In this document: positions 57,249 to 64,000 of the stretch, piece after piece
How positions within the stretch are numbered: position 1 is the first letter of the stretch
Layout: every line of letters starts with the position of its first letter
Assembly (NCBI GenBank): GCA_023213395.1
Contig: CM041465.1
Coordinates: forward strand, 90,155,741-90,219,740
From: Cycas panzhihuaensis
Lineage: Eukaryota > Plantae > Cycadophyta
Reading direction: 5' to 3'
DNA: 64,000 bases
Position numbers and translations under genes: made by a program
The notes under the pieces: generated by a model
What the model saw: only the letters and a program-made list of their open reading frames with translations
Told to the model about the DNA's origin: nothing
Database searches by the model: none

Positions 57249-57929
57249 CTCGCCTCGGGATCGTGATGATCTCCTCTCGAATCCGACGGTCGGATCGTCC
57301 CTCGTGCCTCTCGAAATCGGGTGGCGCTCGCGTCGTGGGAAGAGGCTCTGGTTTCGCACGAGAGCCGGTGAAAATGAATCCAATTTTCATTAGTTTTCCT
57401 TATATAGGCGGGGGCCCGGCACTTCCGCTTTACGGCTCTGTGATGCTTGTTGGGACCGTCTCGTCCCTCTGATAGTCTTTGCCTTCTGGCCCTGTTGCCC
57501 ATTGTGTTTTATGGACGCCCTTCCTGCCTCCTCTTGCAGAAGCATTTATGGCGCCTCATTTCCGCACTCTTGGCAGGGCCCTTTTGCATTGTTTTGTGCG
57601 CTGCTCCTGTGCATGCCCGAGTTTATACTCGTTTGGCTCGTTTCGCCGCCCTGGACTCATTTTCGCACCCCTTGTTCGCCCCTGGGGTCCCCAAAGGAAA
57701 TGCCCCCCGTCTGGGGGCATATTTTGGCTTCCCAAAGCACAACTTTTGGGACTCTAGGATGTCTTTTCTCCGCCCACTCTCAGTCAGTGGCCGGATTGCT
57801 TGCTCTCGTTTTCAGGTAACCTCATTGCTAGGTCCTCCTACCCTTCTCGGCCCGCTTCGCGCTTGCTATTCGATTCTTTGTTTTTGCTTGCGTCGCTACT
57901 TGTTTACTGCCAGAGCCTAGTATCCAGCC

Positions 57930-58352
57930 ATGTCTTTCATCGTTTTCACCGATGGTGGAAGTCGCGGCAACCCCAGACCTTCCGCCGCTGCGTGGATTCT
58001 TCGCAGTCCCTCTGGACACGATTACTTGCGTTCTAGAGTCTTTCTTCTCGAGGCTACCAATAACGAAGCCGAGTACGCGGCCGTTATCGAAGCCCTTACG
58101 GATGCTCTCCGTTTCCATCGCGGTCCCATTGTGTTGTTTTGCGATTCTCAGGTCATGGTGTCCCATCTCACCCAGGTTTACCAGGTGCGATGCCCTCATC
58201 TGAGAACCCTTGCGTCTGCCGCCAGGTCTCTTCTGGCTTGTTTCTCGTCAGTGGATATCCAGCATATCTCGAGGCACCTCAACGTTGAGGCTGACAGCCT
58301 CGTCCGCCTCATCCTTGAGCGTCGCCTCCCTCTTCTAGACGACCGCCCTTGA
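57930..58352 (+). CDS. Stand-alone RNase HI (archaeal-like additional RNase H of Tat elements), intact 140 aa
   Basis: FTDGGSRGNP, ATNNEAEY, FCDSQ and HISRHLNVEADSL provide the complete D-E-D-D catalytic set, with own ATG and stop. Confidence 0.92.
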   Translation: MSFIVFTDGGSRGNPRPSAAAWILRSPSGHDYLRSRVFLLEATNNEAEYAAVIEALTDALRFHRGPIVLFCDSQVMVSHLTQVYQVRCPHLRTLASAARSLLACFSSVDIQHISRHLNVEADSLVRLILERRLPLLDDRP

Positions 58353-58660
58353 GGCTTGCCTGGCTAAATGTACCTGCTCTACTTTGTTGGATGCCCTCTT
58401 ACTTCACGTTGCACCTTGGCAACGGGGGCATCCCGTTTTACTGCTTATTTCAGTTTCAGGTCGATGTTTAGGCGACACGCAGTGACCCCTACGTTGTCCT
58501 TGTCTCCGCCTCCCCATCCATGCCCGCAATGACACCGCCTACACCCTTGGTCCACGTGCCGCTCTTTATTGTTTTATATATATGCATGTGTTACTCATAT
58601 CTTTGATTGACGATTCGCCATCACATTACGCTTGAAGCGGTGAGGCTCTGCGCCGAGGCG

Positions 58661-61600
58661 ATGTTTCCAGCCTTTGGGGAATGGACTCGAGACGCATCGA
58701 CACAGTTTGTTCGGTATATGTTCTTACTTTTCTTACCTACGTTAATTAAGGTAATTTAGAGTAGTTTGATTGACATATGCCTACATGCATTTGTTTGTCC
58801 GCTCATAATGTGCCTAGCGGCCGCGACTTGACAAATTTATGACGACTCACTGACGGGCATTTCTTAGAATGCTACACCGTATGGCGTCTGACCACCCATG
58901 GTGTCTCCACAGTTTTCAAGGATTGTTTACGCGGTTTATTTGCTCATGCTGCGACATGTCATTTGTGTTGCCATCCTTTCTAAGTCAAACTCGATCCTTA
59001 GTTAGGACTTTTTGGGTTGTTTGGGTACTTTCCCACTGCCTGGGCCTTCCCCCAACTGATGCAATTCATGTTTAGTCTTTGTTCTTACCTCAGAACCTGA
59101 TTTTTCTGTTTTATTTTTCTCTTTTTTAATTTTGGGTTGATCTGTGGTAAACTAAGTGACTGCAAAGGTTGCATGACAGAGTTTGCCGCGGCCTGCAAAT
59201 TTCTGGTAAAAGAACTTCTGTGACGATTTCCAGCGTTTTTCACAGAGCTGGCGTGGCTTCACGATTGGGCGCTAGCGTCAACGCTCACTTCATCGTGAAC
59301 AAGAGATAAAAACCTTTTTCTTTCATTTGAATCATTCTTGAGCTCATTTTCCAAGACTTCAGAGAAACTCTCCACAAAAATACACAAGGAAAAGATGTAA
59401 ATCGAGATTCATTATGCGGTTAGGGAGAGAGGTGAAGTGGGTTGCCATAAAATTTGAGTTGCGGCCATTGCTTGCCCTTCACCGTTCTCCACAACAAGCT
59501 CCACTCTCCTTACAAGTGCTCAAGGATCCAAGGGATTTCTTCACTAAAAGGCTTCTCCAAAGATCAACTTTCGACTCCCAACTTGCATGGAGCTTCTCCC
59601 ATCTACTCTCTTGCGAAATCACTCAAAAGGCCCCTAGACATTGTTTGTTCTGCTTTGCCAAGTGGCCAAGTGCATGCATGCACGCCTCTCATCAAGGTTA
59701 TTGTTTCTTGTTGGTGCTTTTTCCTTGGTTTTGTTTTCTCTTGCAAGCTCATTTCACTCACTTGCATCCACTTTCTTTACTAGTTCCCTTGCTATTAAAT
59801 GAAAGTGATCTTAGTAGTTGTGGCTCTCCATAGTTTTGCTCTAGATTAAGGGTATTTTCATGTGTTTCCTTGAGATCTACCCATTCCCTTTAAGCTATCT
59901 CTTCCACTCTTTTCTGAGTTAGCCAGTGTAAAGGGTTTCACACGAGGTTTGAGGGAGATAGGCGGGGTTAGTCCTCCATTGCCCTTCTCCCCAAGGGTTA
60001 GTCCCTTATCCTCTTTCCTTACCATCCGCGTTTTCTTAGGGAGCAGAGCTAGGGAAGCCTAAGAGATTTGGTTGGAGCTTTCCACTTGGTATAGGTAATC
60101 GGCCACTACCCTTCTCCACCTTGTTACCCGCTAGCGTTTCCTCCCGAACCTGTGGAGACCTCCAGTGGGTGAGTTAGCCATCCAGGGCTATACTCGGTCC
60201 GTGTAGTATGTTTTATGGTGCATGGCGGTGTATATATGCTTCACCACCTTTGTTTCATTTTGCTACGTTATTGCATAAGCAAATTATTTATCTTAGTTGA
60301 TTTCGTTTGCATACATATACATATATCTTCGCCAGTACTTTTGAGGCCTCTCCAGGAGGAAGGTGTTCTCTCCACTTGTTTGTAGGATCGCGTTGGAGGA
60401 GGTGGCGCAAGATAAACCCGTTCTTGGAGTCGGCTCCCACCGCAGTGTTCTCTCCTTTAGTTTTGAGTTCCTTCGCCCTTTCATTTTATCTAGTCCTTGC
60501 ATGCTCAGGGAGGTAAGTGAACCCCTTCACCAGATTGATCAGCGTTGCATGCTTGGAGGAGGAAGGAAGGAAGGGCAACCCGGAAGGAGAATCTGTGTTT
60601 TACTCGAGCAGGATCCGTGGTATTCCGCATTTTCCGTGTTTTCTTCGTTTTTGTCTTCTTTTACATTTCTTTGTAATAGATAAGCAAAGATAAGGAAGCG
60701 TTAAGGAAAAGGAAAATAATCTTTTACTTTACATTTACAACATAAATGGGTTTTCTATTCCTGTTATGGAAAGAAAGTAAAATGAAATACAGAAGTAAAT
60801 GTAAAGTAAAAGATTATTTTCCTTTTCCTTAATGCTTCCTTATCTTTGCTTATCTATTACAAAGAAATGTAAAAAGACAAAAAGCAGAAAGAAGAAAGAA
60901 ATGCTATGAATACTTGATCCCAAGGCTCGAAGAGAAACACGATTCTCCTTCGGTTGCGCCCTTCCTTCCTTCCTCCGCATGCAACGCTGATCAACTATGG
61001 TGAAGGGGGTTCACTTACCTCCCTTGAACATGCAAGGACTAGATAAAATGAAAACGGCTAAAAAGGTGAAGAACGGTTTGTCTTGCGTACACCTCCTCCA
61101 ACGCGATCCCGCAAACAAGTGGAGAGAGCACCTTCCTCTGGAGAGAGGCTACAAAGTACTACGAAGGTATATGTATATGTATGCAAACGAAATCAACTAA
61201 GATAAATAATTTAAGCTATGCACCGTAACGTAAAAATGAAACAAAGGTGTGCGAGAAGATATACACCGCCATGCACCATAAACATACTACACGGACCGAG
61301 TATAGCCTGATGGCTAACTCACCCACGGGAGGTCTCCAGTGGTTCGGAGGAAACGCTAGCTGTAACAAGGTGGAGAAGGGTAGTGACGGTTACCTATACC
61401 AAGTGGAAAGCTCCAACCAAATCTCTTAGTTTCCTAGTCTGCTCCCTAAGAAAACGCGATGGTAAAGGAAAGAGGATAAGGGACTAACCCTTGGGGAGAA
61501 GGGCAAGAATGGGGACGGAACCCCGCCTATCTCCCTCAAACCTCGTGGAAACCCTTTACACCGTAACCTTAAAAGGGTGAAAGAGATAGCTTAAAGGGAA

Positions 61601-62834
61601 TGGGTAGATCTCAAGGAAACACAGAAAATACCCTTAATCTAGAGCAAAACTATGGAGAGCCACAACTAGCTAAGATCACTTTCATTTAATAGCAAGGGAA
61701 CTAGTAAAGAAAGTGGATGCAAGTGAGTGAAATGAGCTTGCAAGTAGAAACAAAACCAAGGAAAAAGCACCAACAAGAAACAAGAAATACTGATGAGAGG
61801 GCATGCATGCATGCACTTGGCCACTTGGAGCAAAGAAGAACAAACAATGTCTAGGGGCGGTTTTGAGTGATTTCTGCAAGAGAGTAGATGGGAGAAGCTC
61901 CATGCAAGTTGGGAGAAAGTTGATCTTTGAGAAGCCTTTTAGTGAAGAAATCCCTTGGATCCTTGAGCACTTGTAAGGGAGAGTGGAGCTTGTTGTGGAG
62001 AACTGAGGGGTAGCAATGGCTGCAACTCAAATTTTATGGCACCCACTTCACCTCCGGCCCAACCGTACATGAAGTTCTCCGATTGCCTTTTCCTTGTGTG
62101 TTTTTGTGGAGAGTTTCTCTTAGAAGTCTTGGAAAATGAGCTCAAGAATGATTCAAATGAAAGAAAAAGGTTTTTATCTCTTGTTCACGAAGTGAACGCT
62201 GGGGACGCTAGGCGCCCATCAGAGGAGCCACGCCAGCCTCCGTGAAAAACGCGGAAATCGTCATGGTTCTTTTTGTACGAGCACAGGGTCATGCAGAACT
62301 CGCGGTATCAGCAGAATTCTGCGGTACCGCTTAGTTTACCGCGGTATCAACCCGAAATTGAAAAAGAGAAAAATAAAACGGAAAAATCAGGTTCTGAGGT
62401 AAGAACAAAGACTAAACGTGAATTACATCAGTTGGGGGAAGGCCTGTGCAAAGGGCAAGTACCCAAAACAACCCAAAAAGTCCTAACTAAGGATCGAGTT
62501 TGACTTAGAAAGGATGGCAACGCAAATGACATGTCGCAGCATGAGCAAATAAACTGGCAGAAACAATCCCGGAAAACTGTGGAGACACCATGGTGGTCAG
62601 ACGCTACGGGTGTAGCATTCGCTAAGGAATGCCTCACCGTGAGTCGTCATAGGTCAAGTCGCGTTAGGCACATGCATTATGAGCAGGCAGACAAACAAAT
62701 GCATGTAGGCAGGCATATGTCAATCAAACTACTCTAAATTACCTTAATTAACATAGGTAAGAAAAGTAAGAACATATAATTAACAAACCCGTGTCGACAA
62801 GGTCTCGAGTCCATTCCCAAGAGTCGGGAAATGT
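58661..62834. repeat. Long inverted repeat: arms 58661-60738 and 60795-62834, 56-bp spacer
   Basis: The arms are reverse complements along their whole length (e.g. cttttactttacatttac / gtaaatgtaaagtaaaag at the centre), with many small indels. Non-coding, LTR/UTR-like. Confidence 0.95.
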
Positions 62835-64000
62835 ATGACTTGAAGGGTTTTGTTATTGGCTGTTACACTTAGATCAAATCCATGGGAGACCAATGTGGAT
62901 AAGGAGAGAAGGTTTTGTTTCAATGAGGGAATATACAAAACATCAAGTAGTTTGAAATCTGGTAAGCCTGGGAGTGTCAGGCAAACTGTGCCCATACCTT
63001 CGACAGGTTGGCTTGATTTGTTAGCCATATGTACAAGGTCGATGACATTTGTATCAAGGGCTTGAAAGTAGTCCCAGTGACATGTCATGTGCTGCGTGGC
63101 ACCAGTATCCATGATCCATGTGGAGAAATTGGTTGTGGCAGCGTTTGTTGTTACAAGAGGTTGAGGCATAATAGAGTTAAAATGACAAGTGGCATAGCCA
63201 CAATGTGCCTCAATGTACCTTTTTGATGAAGTGGCAGAACTGGTTTCCCTTGTGTTGTGCAAGCATGCTTCAGCAAACTGGGTCCCACCAAAGGTTTCTT
63301 CTACATCAGCGTTGTGGGCATTGTGCCGTTGTTGATTTCTGTTGAGCTTATGATAAGCTGTTCGACAGTCTTTGGCAAGGTGTCCCTTACGATGACACCG
63401 TTCACACATTATGGGTTGATTTGATTTCCTATAGGATATGTTGGGAGTGCCAGATTGTCTTTAGTTAAATGTTTGTTATCCTCCCGAATTTTGGGGGTTC
63501 TGCTGTTGTTGCCTTTGCCCTTGGTTCCTTCCTCAACCACGACCACATGAGTTTCGTCCTCCATGCATTGATTGTCCTTGCTGTTTGAAGTGGCAAACTT
63601 CCTCATCCACTTCGATTTCCAAGGCAGCATCAGGAAGTGGATCGGACGAGTGGAAGCTTGTTGCAAAGGTCTTGTCATGTTCGATGAACTTTTATGCAAG
63701 AGCCTCAAAGTCTAATGTCTTCAGTGTGCCAGATGATTAAAGATTCCCCAACAAGTTTTTGTGGTCAAGTACATGGAATGATGACTAGATTAGGAATGCC
63801 CATGTGATGCATTGTGTTTTGAAGTCCCTATCAATAGCTTGTTTGATTGGACGAAGAGCATTGATCGTCTCATGTGCCTTCCCTTTCTGCATCTTCAGAT
63901 TATTCATTTTTAAGACCATGTGAACAAATTCCAAGTTTGATCGAGTATCAAAGTTTCTCTTTAGAACTTCAACATCTTTGTATGCAGTGTCATGCAGTGT

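Larger units (their letters stand above)
53856..58660 (+). mobile_element. 5'-truncated Ty3/gypsy Tat-like fragment (integrase C-terminus plus long 3' region with extra genes)
   Basis: ARLLDLEALDEKRL...PGDHVL...KFGPKWVGPFVV...VNGKFLKKFYA* (53856-54176) is a non-chromovirus gypsy integrase end. It is followed by 85-bp tandem repeats, an antisense PMD gene and an RNase HI ORF. GC- and CpG-rich. Confidence 0.85.
49702..64000 (-). mobile_element. Ty1/copia element (copia C, same family as copia A), intronic, interrupted at 53856-62834, running off the window
   Basis: 3' LTR at 49702-50060, PPT context at 50061-50090 nearly identical to copia A. RNase H 50530-51050, RT 51069-52000, integrase 52550-53250, protease WIMDTGATQHM, knuckle CERCHRKGHLAKDC (62780-63409), gag to 64000. 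Confidence 0.93.

Noticed and set aside
57158-57920. Overlapping ORFs between the PMD and RNase H genes, and ORFs within the inverted repeat
   Set aside because: Chance ORFs in GC-rich non-coding sequence with no recognisable motifs.
58661-62834. Foldback/Mutator-type DNA transposon with long TIRs
   Set aside because: No TSD and no transposase; the arm differences look like read noise.
1-64000. Prokaryotic systems (CRISPR, operons, retrons); bacterial origin of the RNase HI ORF
   Set aside because: The sequence is eukaryotic with spliceosomal introns; there are no spacer arrays, and the RNase H lies within a gypsy element.

Overview
Eukaryotic, AT-rich plant genomic DNA dominated by retroelements. 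The nested retrotransposons, very long intron and Tat-type element with RNase H downstream of integrase are most consistent with a gymnosperm (inference). 1-43 kb holds heavily C-to-T-decayed elements: two complete Ty1/copia elements with LTRs, PBS, PPT and TSD (3417-11126 and 30862-38182), an apparently full-length L1-clade LINE (about 24354-30647), other copia remnants and LTR pieces. At 44733-45890 (+) are the first four coding exons of a host gene resembling the plant Rad60/Esc2/NIP45-type SUMO-like-domain protein (Arabidopsis At1g68185-like). Everything after 45890 appears to be one intron of more than 18 kb. It contains a better-preserved minus-strand copia of the same family as 3417-11126, interrupted by a 9-kb insert flanked by a 286-bp direct duplication. 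The insert is (i) a 5'-truncated Ty3/gypsy Tat-like fragment carrying a head-to-head pair of extra genes, an antisense intron-containing plant-mobile-domain (PMD) gene and an intact stand-alone RNase HI, and (ii) a ~4.2-kb fold-back palindrome that is either a hairpin-RNA source or a long-read artefact. The best candidate novelties are the PMD/RNase H cassette, a thrice-repeated covarying RNA structure in the copia 3' UTR, and an R-U5-sized LTR piece inside pol.
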